DNA from: Lama guanicoe
Taxonomy: Eukaryota
NCBI GenBank assembly: GCA_013239625.1
Contig: MU055549.1
Coordinates: 1,054,001-1,118,000 of the forward strand
Length of the DNA: 64,000 bases
Direction of reading: 5' to 3'
The position numbers and the translations under genes are program-made. Positions 23,138 through 36,600 of the stretch are shown here, in pieces (the stretch's first letter is position 1; every line of letters begins with the position of its first letter). Under the pieces are notes generated by a model that did no database searches, was not told the DNA's origin, and was given only the letters and a program-made list of their open reading frames with translations.

Positions 23138-24049
23138 AAAAAAAGTCACTCACACGAGCATGAGAAACACGGGTCTGCGTCCCCGAAGACGCGAGTCGGC
23201 AGGTGGATTCTTTCTCCCAGTAGGGGTGGTCTGGTGAAGTAAGGGACAGCTGGGGCTGTTTCTGTATCTCATTTCAAATGCTTTTAAAAAAATAAAACAA
23301 AATAGAGAAGCATAAAGAAGAAAACCAAAAATAGCCCATAATCTCACACCCAGATCATCTCTGCTGGGATGAAAAAGTAATTCACGTTCCAGGTTCAGAT
23401 ACTCACACGCCCAGAGGACTAGGGGATGGACAGTGAAGCTGTGTCACGCGCGTGTGCGTGCGTGTCTCCACACACGTGTGCCGCCAGCGTGGAGGTCCTG
23501 GTTTACAGGAACAGACTGTCGTGTCCGGGGCATCCTGGGCTTTTACAAAGCTTCATGGCGTCTTTCTGTCCCCCTGGATTTTAAGGTCTACGCAGTATTC
23601 CACTCGACAACACCCGTTGTCTGCAGTCTACACAGTGAACAACACGCCCTGTGGCGTCTGCACGGCAGTCTGTGTACCGCTCACTGGAGGTGCTCCCACC
23701 CTGGTCACAGGCCCCTGGGCTGTCTTGGGCCTGTCTGGTCTGCAGGTGTAAGTTGTGAATGTCACTGCATGTTGGTCTCGATGAACGTCGTGCGTCACTG
23801 ACATGGAATTCACAGCAGCTGCACTGTGGCCTTAAGGAGCGAGTGCCCCCACGCTGGTCGCTGTCGCTTCGGCAGGGCCCCCGCTCGCCGCCGCAGCGCC
23901 TTGGGGTGAGCCAGCCTCCCCGCCGCCTCCAGCACAGGCGGAGGCCGGGCGCGTCTCCGTGCCGCGTTGGTGGGGTGAGGGGGACGCTGTCCTGGGTCTG
24001 AGCCCCGAGTGTCGCAGTGACCGGCCCGTCAGGGCCTCGGCCTTTTTCT

Positions 24050-24330
24050 CGCTAATGTGTGTGGGTTTGCCGTGATGCAAGGAGATTCGCCCTTGGTCTG
24101 GTCGTATTTATTGCAGATGCCTTCTCCCAGTTTGCACTGTTCTGACTTTTTTAACTGGGCTGCTTTTTCTCTACACAGAAGCTTCTGACGTTTATAGGAT
24201 TAAGGCAAACCCGTCCGACAAGCAGTCTCCCTTTGTGCTTCTGGGCTTTGCTTCCTCCTTAGAAGGGCCCCTCTTGCTCCAGAATTACAGATACGTTCAC
24301 TCACCCGTCCCTAGAGCTCCTATGAATTCA
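24050..24330 (-). mobile_element. L1ME-like ORF2 fragment
   Basis: tattgcagatgccttctcccagtttg...acagaagcttctgacgtttatagg...tccttagaagggccc. Confidence 0.55.
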
Positions 24331-27304
24331 CTGTGTGTGTGTGTTCGGGGGGATGTCCCGAGGGGATGCAGGCCAGCAGGCGATTCAGGGGTCTCAGGCC
24401 TCCGTCCGGTGGAGGCCAGCGGGGGTCAGGCCGGCTCTCCAGGCCCAAGGTCTCCTCACGAGAAGAAGCCCGCTGGGGCCGCAGGTGAGGCAGGACGCCG
24501 ACACTCCTGAGGGTCTGGGTCCCAGCGAGCCCCAGCCTGCCTCCTCCCTGTGCGGGAAAGGGCGCGGGCTGCGGCCTGCTTTGTGCCCAGGCCTGTGCAA
24601 GCAGGTGGGCCCTGGTCCTCTCCGTGCAGCTCTCCGGGACCGTCTTGCAGTCCGGCCACCCCCTCTGCGCGTCATGTGGGTTTTTGTCCTGGAAACAACA
24701 AACTAGAACGTCCCCGAGGATGCAGACTCCTGGCTCTGCTCAGTTCTTTGACTCTTATTTTTGGAAGCCCCCAAGAGAACAGCAGCCTTGTGCTCTGTCT
24801 GAAAATCATATCTTTCCTTAATTCTATTCAAGTTTGGCCAAAAATAGACACACCCCTTTGCCAGGATGGTAATCCAGCCTCTTGAGCCAGAAGAGGGTGG
24901 TTAGAGAAGGGGAGCGGGGCTGTGGGGGAGCCGGCTGTGTCCACGATCCCTGGGGGTGTCTGCTCTGAGCTGTCAGGCTGTGGACCAGCCTGGTCACTCG
25001 GGCAGCTGTGCCCGGGGCAGAGACGTCGTGTGCGTGTGTTGACGGGAAGGCTCCGACTGCATTTAACCGGCACCCAGGACCCCATTTAAATGCCTCGCAA
25101 CCAGCTCAGGGTGAAGGCCCGGACCCCCGTCCTGTGCCAAGGCCTGGGGCAGGGCTCCGTCTGTGGGCCGTGGGCTACGCCACCCGCTGGCCTCAGACAC
25201 CTCAGCTTTTCGGCATTTCATGATTCTCTTTAAAACTCAGCTTCTTGCATCTTTCCTTGCGCGTTGTTTTCCCAGCTGTCTCTGTACTGTTTTCTAGCTA
25301 TACATCCACCTTCTGATATTTTGGGGATTGGAAAAATTAGCCATCAGAAAATGGCGTCCAGACTCGGGGTGCGGGTCTGTGTGAGACAGGACGAGGTGCG
25401 GGGGCAGCTGACGCGGGTGTTCTGGGTGTTCTCGGCTGCAAACAAGCTCCTTCCCACCCACAGAGACGCCACAGCCCAGAGAGGGCCGGGGAGCCTGCGT
25501 TTCCCAGACAGACGTCCCCGTAACCTCCCCTCTCCCCACCCAAGTGGGGGCACCTCTGCTTCCTCGCAGGGAAGCAGGAGGGAGGAGCAGGGAGGGTCGG
25601 ACGGGCCTGGGGGGACTTTGGTTGGAGCCTGATGCATCTCTTATGGGGGGGTCTCTGAGGGTCTCCTGGGGCGACTGAGCCCGGAGGAGGCACAGGAAGC
25701 CCGTCCGACTTGGAGTCCCGGGTGTGGGTGAGCAGCTCGGGGCCGTGTTGGACGCTGGCCGCTCTGCGGTTTGCCGGCGCTGTGAGATCACGCCGTTGGA
25801 GGAAACGAGGCGGAATAGATGGATCTGAGACTCTGATGGGCTTTTGGAGTAAACTGTGTCGGCCCCCCTCCCCGTGCTCGGATGCCGATAAATTGACCAG
25901 TTCTCCAAAGCCAGGCCTCCCCGAAGGGCGGACCGCAGGCCCCTCGCGCCTGCCGCACCCACTGCACCATTACAGTTGCTCCCCCCACTCTTCCCCGTGG
26001 GCCCTGGAGGGCGGCGGGCGCGTGCGGCTGGGCAGCGCTGGGGCAGCACCCGGGACAGCGCCCTTGGCGCCCGGGCTCCCCTCGCGCCTCTAGGAAGCCG
26101 GCGTGGTTTGTGCGTCAGCCGGGCCCTGTTGTGTGGAGGTGGGTCCTCGGGGCCTGGGGGCCCAGGGCTGATTTCTTAGGGCCCCTGCCGTGGCTGTCAC
26201 CTCAAATGGCCCTCCTCCGAGGTGCAGCTGCCCCCCGCTGGCTGGGAGGCCCTCTGGGGAGTGAGAGGGCAGCTGGTCCTGGCCAGCGATGGCACAGAGG
26301 TGGGGAGAATGCATGTGCTGACCGGCGTGCTCCTGCTCTGGCCGCGACACTCTGCTCTGTGTTTGCCCAGGTTCATCCTGCAGGCGGGCCAGTGCCTGTG
26401 GGCTTGGGGTGGCCTCATCTGGGCCGGGGCAGTGGCCAGGCTCCATGAAGTCTGCAGCCTCGGGTAAGCGTCCTCCTGGTGGTGTGGCCGCCGCAGGCAG
26501 CTAAAAGGCTTTGTCGCCACCCCTCTCCTGCAAGACAAGCAACCATGTGGTTTATTAAAACTTAAATATCCACTTTCCATCAAAAACATATGCAAATTTC
26601 TTTTTAAAGAAAAGGTCTGAAATAAAACCATGCACTTGCTGTGAGGTGGAATTTAAAATAGCAACTTTTCCTTAACAATCCCTGCATTTCTTCTGTTTAT
26701 CCAAACGCAGCGTGGGACCAGCGTGGGACCAAGACGCCAGCTGCCCTTGCGTGAGGGCACGCTGCACTGGGGCTGGCTGTCAGCCGCTCCCCAGGCAGGG
26801 AGAGCCCCCACCACGTGCGCCAGTCCCTCTGCTCTGGCCCCTCGCACCGGGGAGGCATCCCCTCCGCTGAGCTCCAGCCTGGTCCGCGGCGTGGTCTCAG
26901 GTGGCCACACCCGGGTGGACAGCTCGCGGGGGCGGCCAGGCAGTTCTAGGGAGGCCGGCGCTGGAACTGTGAGGTCTTAGCTCTCCGGGCAGAAACCTGC
27001 CTCCCGCTTTTGCCCTCCTCTGGCCACCCTGGCGAGGTCTGGTCCTGCCCCATCCCGTCCTGTCCCGTCCTGTACGGAGGCCCCCAGGGTGGCAGACCCA
27101 GGGCAACTCTCTCCTCGGCTCCAGCCTGAACACTCCATTCGTCTTGCAGACGGTTGGGTTCCCTACGTATTTTCAAAATTCCACGGATCTTAAAAAATAA
27201 GTCGCCCAAGCGCACTGTCAGTTCAGTGGGGGCCACCTGGGAGGGGGGCCCTGGGAGGGGGCCGGGGCCAGTGCGGTGGGGGCAGCTCTGCGATTCTTCT
27301 TTCG

Positions 27305-27400
27305 CTCAGCCATTTGCTCGTTCATTCATTCGCTTACTCACTCACTCAGTCTTTCAACAAGCCCCTGTTGGGTGCTGAGGACTGGGCTTGGTGCTACAGG
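27305..27400 (-). mobile_element. L2 3' tail relic
   Basis: ttcattcattcgcttactcactcactcagtctttcaacaagcccctgttgggtgct. Confidence 0.5.
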
Positions 27401-28904
27401 GGTACTTGTCTGAGTCCCCAGGCAGCACCGCAGTCACCCCAACCTGGATCTGCCAGGGACTCAGAGGCGAACCTCAGAGCACCTTTTGGGACAAAGAGCT
27501 TCCTCTTTTGATTGGAGGCTACCCTCAGGGTGAGGCCATTTAGTGACCATAGATGCACCTTCGAAAATCCCACCTGTTTGCTCGAAAGCTGTTGGAGGGC
27601 CTGACTGACTCGGTGAGGCTTAGGTAAGTGTGCGGGGCTCTGCGCGGTGGGCCAGGGCGCTCCCGGGTGATGGGGCACGGCGGCCGCCTGCGGTCCTGCT
27701 GCTTCGTGAGCAGACGGGCAGGAGTGAGACTGTTCGCTCTTGTCGGCTCAGCCAGTGGCCTCTGCGCCTCAGGGGATAAACCCACCCGTCAGCCAGCCTG
27801 AGGCCCAGCAGCCGGGGCCGGAGGAGGCGCGGGAGGAGACGGCTCCCGGCAGGGCAGGGGGCGGTACACGGCCACGAGGCCCCATTCTCGCCTCAACACG
27901 CTTTTCCCAGCACCACCGCCCCTCCCGCAGCGCCTCCGAGGATGCCCGAGGTCCCTGGGGAGGACGCAGCTCGGCTGCGTCTCTTTCCCACAGCTTGGAA
28001 GTTGCCCGGACCCCAGGGCAGCATGCAGGCTCCGGGCAGGATGTGTCTGTCAGACCCGGGGCTGGCGCTCAGCACAGCCGCTCGAGGAGGCCTTGTGCCG
28101 GACCTCTGTGCCCCCAGCTGTGCAGGCACACCACAGACACACGCGTGCATGGAGACCCGTGCAGAGAGCAGCACCCACAGGCACACGCGCACACAGGTGT
28201 GATCTGAGGTGTGTTACTGAGCTCCAGAGGAAAAGTGACTTCTGTCCCGGCCAAACGCCTCCCATTTGGGCCAGGTTACAAGGGACCCCACAGGAGACCA
28301 GCGCCCTCACCGAGCGCTCTGCTTCTGGAGGGGCGCGGTCCCCTGGTTCACCTAGTTTGCTCTGGCCAAACTGACCCCAGGGCACATGAGTTACCGGCCA
28401 GAGATGCCACGTCGGGGATAAGGGGACCAGGGAGGCCTGGAGCTGGGCTGGGAAGCCCCAAGTGTGCGACATCGGTGGGCACAGCATGTGGGATCCCATG
28501 GGGCCCAGGCTGGTCCTGAGCTGAGTCCTGGGCTGCGTGGGGTCACCCAGGATGCTGCTGGCCGAGCAGTCTCAAAGTCAGCCTGCTCCTGTGAGGGCGG
28601 GACGGCAGCTGTGGCTGCTCCCCGGTGGCGGGGCTGGATAGAGCCTCCCGCCCAGCCGCCCGCTCCCGGGGCTCACTGGTGCCTGGCAGACAGCGGGTGC
28701 CCCCGGCCTGTGCCCACAGCCCCTCTCCCCGTGAAGCCCAGGCCCCCAGGCTGCTCACGTGCCGTGAGCTCAGGCGATGTCCTGTGCTCCTTGGAGCCCC
28801 TTCCCATCAGCCGAGCCCACTGCAGGCACCCTTGTCCCCCAGAAGCACTTCTAGCCAGCTCCCCAGCCCCACTGTGAACTCGCCCCCCTTTGCAGCACCG
28901 CCCT

Positions 28905-29000
28905 CCACCCTGAGACTTGGGTTCTGACCCGGACGCCCCGCTTGTTGGCCCTGTGACACGGGCAGATCACTGAACCTCTCTGGTCCTTAGACTCCTGCTC
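28905..29000 (+). mobile_element. MIR relic
   Basis: gagacttgggttctgacc...ctgtgacacgggcagatcactgaacctctctggtcctta. Confidence 0.55.
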
Positions 29001-29059
29001 TCAGGCAGTGAACAACTCTCTCCTGCAACAGAGCAGATTGGATGCCTCAAACCCCCCCC

Positions 29060-29960
29060 CACGAAATGCTCATAATACGTGTTCTGTGTATTTTCACTGA
29101 GTGAAAATTGTGCTGAAGTGCGTATCGCTGATGAGTTTTGACAAACGCGTCCACCCGTGTAGCCAAGACCCCGCCCAGGTACGGAACATCTCCACCCGCC
29201 TGGGGGCCCCCCGCTGTTGCAGGCGACCCCTCCCCGCGCCCGGAGGTGAGCCCTGACGCTGTTCCTGCCACTAGGGACTAGTCGTGCCTGCCCGAGCATC
29301 CGCAGTCAGAGTCACACTGTGTGCGCCTTTCAACCTGGCTTCAGTGCAGTGTTTTGGGGACCCATCCGCCTTGTTACGTATCAGTAGTTTGTTCTTTCTT
29401 AGAAGAAAATCGCCGAGCCCTGTTCTGTACGGGCACAGCTCAGCCTCTTCGTCCACTCTCCTGCAGGTGGACGTTTGGGTTGGTTGCAGGATGTGGCTAT
29501 TAGGAACAAGGTTGCAAAGAACATTCCTGTGTAGACGTCTGTTTGGTTTCTCTGGGGTGAGTGTCTAGGGACTGACTGCCTGGTGGCACCGTCGGGCTGT
29601 GTGTGTCTTTGTAAGAGGCTGCCAACGAGTTTTCCAAAGCGACGTGTTCTGTTCCCACCAGCACGTGTTGGGTGGACTGTTCCCCGTCCGGCGGGCACGG
29701 TGCTGTCCGCCCCCCACCGGCCACCAGGTGGGGGCCGTGGTGCCTCGCCTGGTGTCTGAGGACGTCCCACGTGGTTTCCGGTGCCCCTTGGCCTTGGCGT
29801 ACGTCCTCCTCTGTAAACGGTCTGTCGATGTCTCTGCCTGTTTTTAAACTGGGTGTTCTGTCATTTTATTACTTACATAATCTGGTCACAAACCCAGGTT
29901 TATTTTTCATGTCCTTGATAGTGACTTTTAGAGAGCACACGTTTTACATCTTGATGAAGC
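29060..29960 (-). mobile_element. L1ME/L1MC-like 3' region
   Basis: tgatgagttttgacaaacgcgtccacccgtgtagcca...gtatcagtagtttgttcttt...ggtggacgtttgggttggttgcag...ctgccaacgagttttccaaagcg. Confidence 0.75.
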
Positions 29961-30434
29961 AAAACGGGCCTGGCAGGCGTGACCGGGTGTGGGGGCCGCG
30001 GAGAGCTGGGGCCGCGGTGGGAGGCAGGGCTGGGGGCCAGCTCTGTGGGCCGGGCTCCTTTGAGGGGGAGGTCGGCTGTCCTGTTGGCCCCCTCCACACA
30101 CCCCCCCATCTTTCCAGACAGAACCCACTGCTCTGCTGCAGAGACGGGTCCAGGAAATGGGTCGCTGCCTCCAGTCCTTTTTTGAAACTAGGCTGAATAT
30201 AAATAAAATAGAGATTTGATGGATGAGGCTGGGGTTTTTGTGAATTTAGCATCAGTAAATGTCAGAGCAAAGCTGCCTTGGCTGCACACGTGAGTCTTAC
30301 CTCTTCCTTCCAGAAGGAACAAGGTTAGTGACTGTACTGCCCGCGCCTCCACCCCGCGCGATCACCTCGAGTAGGAAACCCGCGTGTGTCCCGCACAGAC
30401 CTGATTCGCTCAGGAGTCACTTGTTAAATAAAAT

Positions 30435-30800
30435 GAATTTTTTTTTATCGAGGTGAAATTCACGTAAAATTCGCCACTTTAAAGTGCATTCCAGTGTGGT
30501 GTCTGGTTCCAAGGCATCGTCATTGCCCCGGAGGATCCCACACGGGCAGCAGCCACGCCCTCCCGGGCAGCCGCCGTCTGCTTCCTGAGCTGGACGGCCC
30601 AGCACGTGACCTGAGCACCGCGCTGTCAGTGTTCTGCAGCTCTCGCTCAGTGTGACGCCCTCCAGGTCCATCCACCCCCCGACGAGGGTTGGCGCTGCAC
30701 CCCTTTGATGGCTGAGTGATATCCCGGGTGTGGACAGACCACCTCGCGTGCCTCCATCCTGAGCTGATGGGCACTGGAGTCCTTTCCACTTCCGGGCTAG
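30435..30800 (-). mobile_element. L1MB-like 3'UTR fragment
   Basis: ttttttatcgaggtgaaattcacgtaaaattcgccactttaaagtgc...tttgatggctgagtgatatcccgggtgtggacagaccac. Confidence 0.7.
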
Positions 30801-33384
30801 TTCACGTCACCTCCTCGGGTCCAAGTGTCACAGGAGCACCTCCAGGTCCCCAAACCGGGTACCTGCTCCCTCTCCTCCCTCCCTCACCCCGCCTGCTTCC
30901 TCTGGCCCCGCGCCCACGTCTGCGGCCGCACCCGGCTCTGAGTCCGGCACCACCTCGGCCCTGTGTGCCCGTGATGTCTCCCTCTGTTCATGGTCTCATC
31001 TCGGCGTGGACCCGTGCAGCCTGAGCTGGGACTTGACCAGCGACCCCACCGCTGTGCTCTGCTCCAGGCAGCCACCAGCCGGGTCTGGGGGCCACGATTC
31101 CCTTAAGTTTTAAAAGCCTTTCCCACAAATGCACGCCCAAACGGTGGGTGTTCCTGGGCCTCGCTGTGTTCCATCCTCGGGGTGGGGGCGGCGGGTGCAC
31201 CTGCGTGGGGTTGATTTGCTGGAACAGAACTGGGCACCGGGACCCTGGACCTACTTCCTTTTTCCCGTGTCAGAGGCTCCGGGTGCTGCAGGCATGGTGT
31301 GGACCGACCTGTACCTCCGTGTGGATCGGACAAGCTGGGGGCCCAGGCAGGGAGCTTGTGTGCGATTCCCCTGGGCCCCTCCTGTTTCTACTTCCTTTTG
31401 ACGAAGCCTGGACCTGCAGGAAATGCCAGCAACCACTTGGTGCAGCCCGGCTCCAGCCTCGGATGTGGGGCCAGTGCGGGCTGCGGAGGGCAGAGAGGGG
31501 CAGGTTACTTCCCCGGGGGTTGTCCAGGGCCAGCTAGCCTCACATCGGGGCTTTTGGAGTGACGCGGGGATGCTGGGCTGGCTGCTGGCTCCCAGGGGAT
31601 GCAGTGACCGTGGCTCAGGGTGTGGGCACGAGTCCCCTGAGGGGCGGAAGCCGGCCTGACCGCTGTACCCACCCCTACAGGCAGAGGAGACAGGGGCCCA
31701 GCCTGAGCCTCCTGGTGGGGTCTAGAGGGAAGGCCCTGCAGCTGGGGGTCTGGAAGGGGAAGGGGCTCAGCCTGTCCTCTGAGCATCCTGGTTCTGGGTC
31801 TTGGCCACGCAGGGAGCCCACGAGGGCTGCCGTGGTGTGCAGAGCACTTCAACAGGCCTTGTTTCTCCCATTCCCCGCCCTCCTTCCCCACGTGATGACA
31901 GATCCCACATGTCCTGTCCTCTGATTAAAAAGGCCCTGGATGAATGGTGCCCTGTGGCCACCCTGGCCAGGAGAGCTGTGTGCAGACTGCCCAGCTGGGT
32001 GCCCGCGTGAGGAGCAGAGCTTCCTCCTGATGGCGCCTGTCAGCCTGAGCCTCAGTGGACCTGGGCCTGGAGTGATACCGTCCCTCAGGGGAGGGCTGGG
32101 GACCAGCACCAGCCAGCTGGGGGCCCAGCTTCCTGAGAGGGGTCCGCGCTGGCCCTCGTGCTGGGCCCTGTGCTCACAGACAGCCAGTGGGACCTCTTGC
32201 TCTGGGAAGGCTCGGCCCCTGCGGGTCGTGGTGTGGGAGCCTGTGCGTGTGCGGCGGGGCTGGGGCTTGGTTCTGCGGTGCATGGGAGGGGCCAGGCCGA
32301 GGGGCGCTGGCTGGGCCGTGAGCAGAGAGGGGTCCATCTCGCTGACACACATCTGTCTACTGAGCCGGCTGCCTGTTCGGAAGCTGCTGTCACCCCCGCC
32401 CCGGCCGGCCTTTCCGGTGGGCCTTTGCTGTGTCTCTGTCCGGCTCAGCAGGCCAGGTCCCATCAGCTGCTGGGGGCCGGATCAGTGATGCGGAGCATGA
32501 TGACCTGCCCTCCGTGAAACCCCTCTGGGGGCAGCTCTGACGCAGGAGCCCCAGCCTTGTGACCTTCTCTTTCCTGAGAGCCGAGCTCTGCCTGTAATTT
32601 TTCTCTCCTGAATTAAACTTAATGCCATTTGTGATGTGACGTGTGTGGCTCTGGGCCTCGGTGACCTGGGCTCTACCCTCGTCCAGAAACAGGAAACCAT
32701 GGCAACGGCCGAGACTGCGGTGGGGCAGGCTTAATAGTTAACCGGTCACCGCGTGAAGGCTGATGGATCCCGTAAGGCCGGGGGGATCCCCCTCCCCCAC
32801 TGACGCCACCTGCTTCGCAGCCCCGTCCCGGAGGTCTGCAGTGGGCGTTCTGCGGGCAAACTGCAGGGGGAGCCCTGCCGTCCTGTGTGTGTGTCCCCAC
32901 GGTTAGTCACATCCCCCTCCCCCGGCAGAGGACAGGACGCGCGGGGCAGTGTTCCCGCCTGGCCGGGGCGTCTGGGGAGGCTGCAGAGGAGGTGCCCACG
33001 TTGGGTAAGGATGGTCTCCCAGCCCGCGGTCTGGGCCCCGCTTGGGGAAAAGGGGGTAAAAGCGGCATCTGGTCCAAGCAGAGCTACAGGCGGCCCAGCC
33101 CCAGCCCCCACTGCTGGCTTCTCTGGGCTCTCAGGGTGTGGGGGTCTCTGGGGGCCTGGACCTCAGGTGGGTGAGGGGCTGCCAGGCCTGGGCCAGCCGT
33201 CTGTTTCCGCACACACCCGTGCATGTGTGTGTCAACGTGCACACACGTGCGCACACAAATGTGCACACACACCCCTTCCAGTCAGGCTGTGAGTGGCCCC
33301 CCCCGCCACCCGGGTCCCCCTGACACCCGGGTCCCCCAGAGCCGGCCTCAGATAAACCCAGAAAACCACATGTGCTGGTGAGGG

Positions 33385-33650
33385 CGCGGAGGAGCGGTGT
33401 GATGGTTCCTTAGAAACTGAACCGTCATTTGATCCCGCAGACCTGCTTCTGGGTGTTTATCCAAAGGAGCTGAATGCAGGGTCCTGAGAAAATACGGGCA
33501 CACGTGCTCACAGCAGCTGAAACGTGAACACAATGCACTGCCAGCCGTGGATGGACCGATGCGCGACCTGTGGTCTGTCTGTACTGTGGAATATTGTTCA
33601 TCCTTGAGAAGGAACTGAATTTTGACACGTGCTGTGGCATAGATGGCGTG
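33385..33650 (+). mobile_element. L1 ORF2 C-terminal fragment
   Basis: catttgatcccgcagacctgcttctgggtgtttatccaaaggagctgaatgcagggtc...tactgtggaatattgttcatccttgagaagg. Confidence 0.75.
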
Positions 33651-36600
33651 GGGGTCTGTCCTGCTGGTGGTACTGGCAGGGCTGAGCACCCCGGTGGTGG
33701 GAGGCAGCCAGCTGTGGGCCTTGGGCAGCAGGACCCTCTGGGTGACCCGGGGGGAGGCACCCCTGCCCCAACCCAGGCAGGTGGCAGGGGCCGCTGCCTC
33801 GGAGCGACGCCCTGCTCCCTGTCCGTCCTGGCGACCTCCCTGCAGGCCCGGAGGAGCTGGGCCCAGCCGGCCGGAGATGCCTTATTGATCTGGCTGTTGC
33901 CTTAATCACTAATTTATGGAAGTTCCGGTGCCGTCTGGGGATGTGGATGTGAAGCACTGGAACACGGTTCCAGACTATTTTAGACCGGACAGGGGCCAGG
34001 ATGAACAGTGCTAGCACCAAGGGTGAGTTATGGGCGGAAGCTTTTCTGGACGTGGCTGTGGGGAGGTCTCCCGGAGCCCCCCAGCCCCACCCCGAGTCCA
34101 GCCTGGGCGGGCCGGCGCGGCACCTGCTGGCTTCTGGTCTCTGGTCGCAGCCAGGGCTCCGGGTGTACTCTAGGCACCAGGGGCCAGATCGCTCCAGACT
34201 CAGGGTCCCCAGAGGCTCCAGCTCTGTCTCTTGGCTGCTACCACATCCTGGCAGTGTCTGTTTCTCAGAAAGGACAGCTGGGAAGGGCTGCAGTGGTGGG
34301 AGGCACAGGGCTGCTCTGGGCGCCCCACGGACGGGCTCGGGGGCCCTGGTGGGTGGTGAGCTCTCAGAGGGGCCTGTGAAGGCTTCCCAGAGAAGGACAT
34401 CAAGGTGTGCAGGTGGCCAGGCGGGAGTGAATGCGGGAGTGGGTGGGGGAGTGTCTCAGGTGGAGGGAAGGGCAGGCCCCTTTGGGGGAGGGGGTGCCCG
34501 GAACCTCCCCAGCTGTTTCCCGCCTGCAGACAGAACACCTGCCCTCATCACCCAGCTGTTCTGAGAACTAAAGGCGATAACGACCGCGGGGCCCTTGGCC
34601 TGTGGGGTCTTGGTCCTGCAGACAAGCAGGGGCACCCGGTCAGGGCCCCGCTGCGTCTGAGGTGACTGCCTGCTGGCTGCTCCCCGCATGCAGGTGTCCG
34701 TGTCCACAGACCGGTCCTGTGCTGGCCTGCGGGGCCCACGGGAGCTGCTCTGGGGCCGCCCTGCTCTGGGGGGCCTTGGTCAGACTGAACGATTTTCCTG
34801 GAGAGTTTTCTGGGTCACGGGATGTATGAGGAAATTTAAGCACCTTCTGAGTGAATTCCCACAACTTGTGACGTTTGTTCATCACAACAGCTTTGGGAAC
34901 GGGGCTCTCCCGAGATGGGGACGCTGGCCGAGGCAGGCCCGGCCTGGGCTCTGGGTCCAGCCTGGCCCGGGGCTTGCTCTCTGGCCACGCGGCTTCTCCG
35001 CCCGCCGACCCCGAGACGTCAGGAGCCCGGCTGCCCCTCCAGGCCCGCGGCGCCCGCGGCGCCCGCGTCCTCATGGGTCACGAGACCGGTGACTCATGAC
35101 TGCAGACCGTCTATTTTTACTCCCCAGGGCCCATCTTCTCTCTTGCTTTCTCGTCGGGCAGATTTTTGTCCGTTTTGAGAGAAGCCCTGGCTGACGAGAG
35201 GACCGCCTTCTGCCTTGAGATCCCGGGAGCTTGCTGGGCCGGGCCCCCCTCCCGCGGGGCGCTGCCCGGTGCTGGACTCTGGCGACGGTCGGGGTGGGGG
35301 GCGTCCCGGTCCTCGCCTCGGAAAGGAGGCTGGGCAGGCACGTGAAGGGCAGACCGTCATTCTATTTTGGGGGAAGAGCGTTCAAATGTTACCCAGCCTT
35401 TTTCGCTTGGGATCTTGGGGACACAGCACAAGAGCCAGCGTCTGGTTTCTCTCCTGCCTTCGCCCGGGTGCGTGGGGAACACCGGCCCCTTTCTCCTCCA
35501 CCCCCGTTCCCCGTGAGCCTGTGGCCCGTCCCATCTTGTGCAGCCACCCGTGCAGGCCGGGCGTGCTGGTGCCGGGGCCCCTGTGTCCGGGCGGCGCAGA
35601 GACGGGGACCGGGACGCAGGGACCATGTGTTAGTCCCCCTGGAAACAAGGCCGTCAGAGAGCTGCCTGTGCCACTGGCTTTTTCCCTGGGTGGTCGGCTT
35701 AGGGGAGGCCCTGAGTTTGGGTGAGAAGCCCTCTGGGGTCATGGCTGCAGCCTCCTTGGAGGGGGCAGAGCTCTGCCTGGGCTTTGGGCTAGATGCTGAG
35801 CTGGTCGAGGAAACCGGCCCGTGACCAGCGGGCTCAGGCCACTGACCCTGAGCCGAGCCCGCGTCTGCAGAGGGGGCCTGGGTGGGCTCCCCTGAGGCCG
35901 TGGGTAGTGCAGGGGGTTGGCACTGGCGCCATGACCCTTGGGGAATAGAATTAAGCCTCCCTCCCGTCATGGTCCGGCGGTGGAATTACGATGACCTGTT
36001 CTCCTAGCTTCTCATGGTCAGCTCTGCAAAATAAAGGCCTTCAGGAAGCATAGTCTTAAAGCCCTTTTTAAAAAATATTTATCCACACCCACCAGGAGGA
36101 GTCTGTGGCCGTGCCCGTGTGGCTGTGCGGCGGGGGCCCGGTGCAGACGTGTTTCCTTTGTGCAGGACTTAGGCTCCTGGCGGAGCCGTGACGCTCGGGG
36201 CTGCTCGGGCCGATTGACCTGCTCCTTCTCTGCGCTTTGTAATCCTGGGGGCACAGAACGCAGGGGAAGGTGTATACGGGTCTCTGGCACAGCCATGTGC
36301 TTCCAGCCCCAGCGGGTGGGCGGGGTAGACTGGGCCTGGGTGTTCTGGTTGGGCAGTGGCCCTGGGTCCCTCGAGGAGCCCCCAGTTGCCGGAGGGCAGA
36401 GTTATCTGGGTGGACTTGAGGCTCTCCTGGGGACTGGGGCTGGCCAGGACTCTGAGCAGGGGCACGTGGCCGGGGCCACTGCCCTCGGGGGGTGGTTCTC
36501 GCCCGTGGTGGCTTCTCCAGGTCTGGAGCCATGTCCACCTGCCCAGCCCTGGCCTGGCGGCTCACCCCACTGCTCTCGAGATGCTGCAGCCACACCTGGG

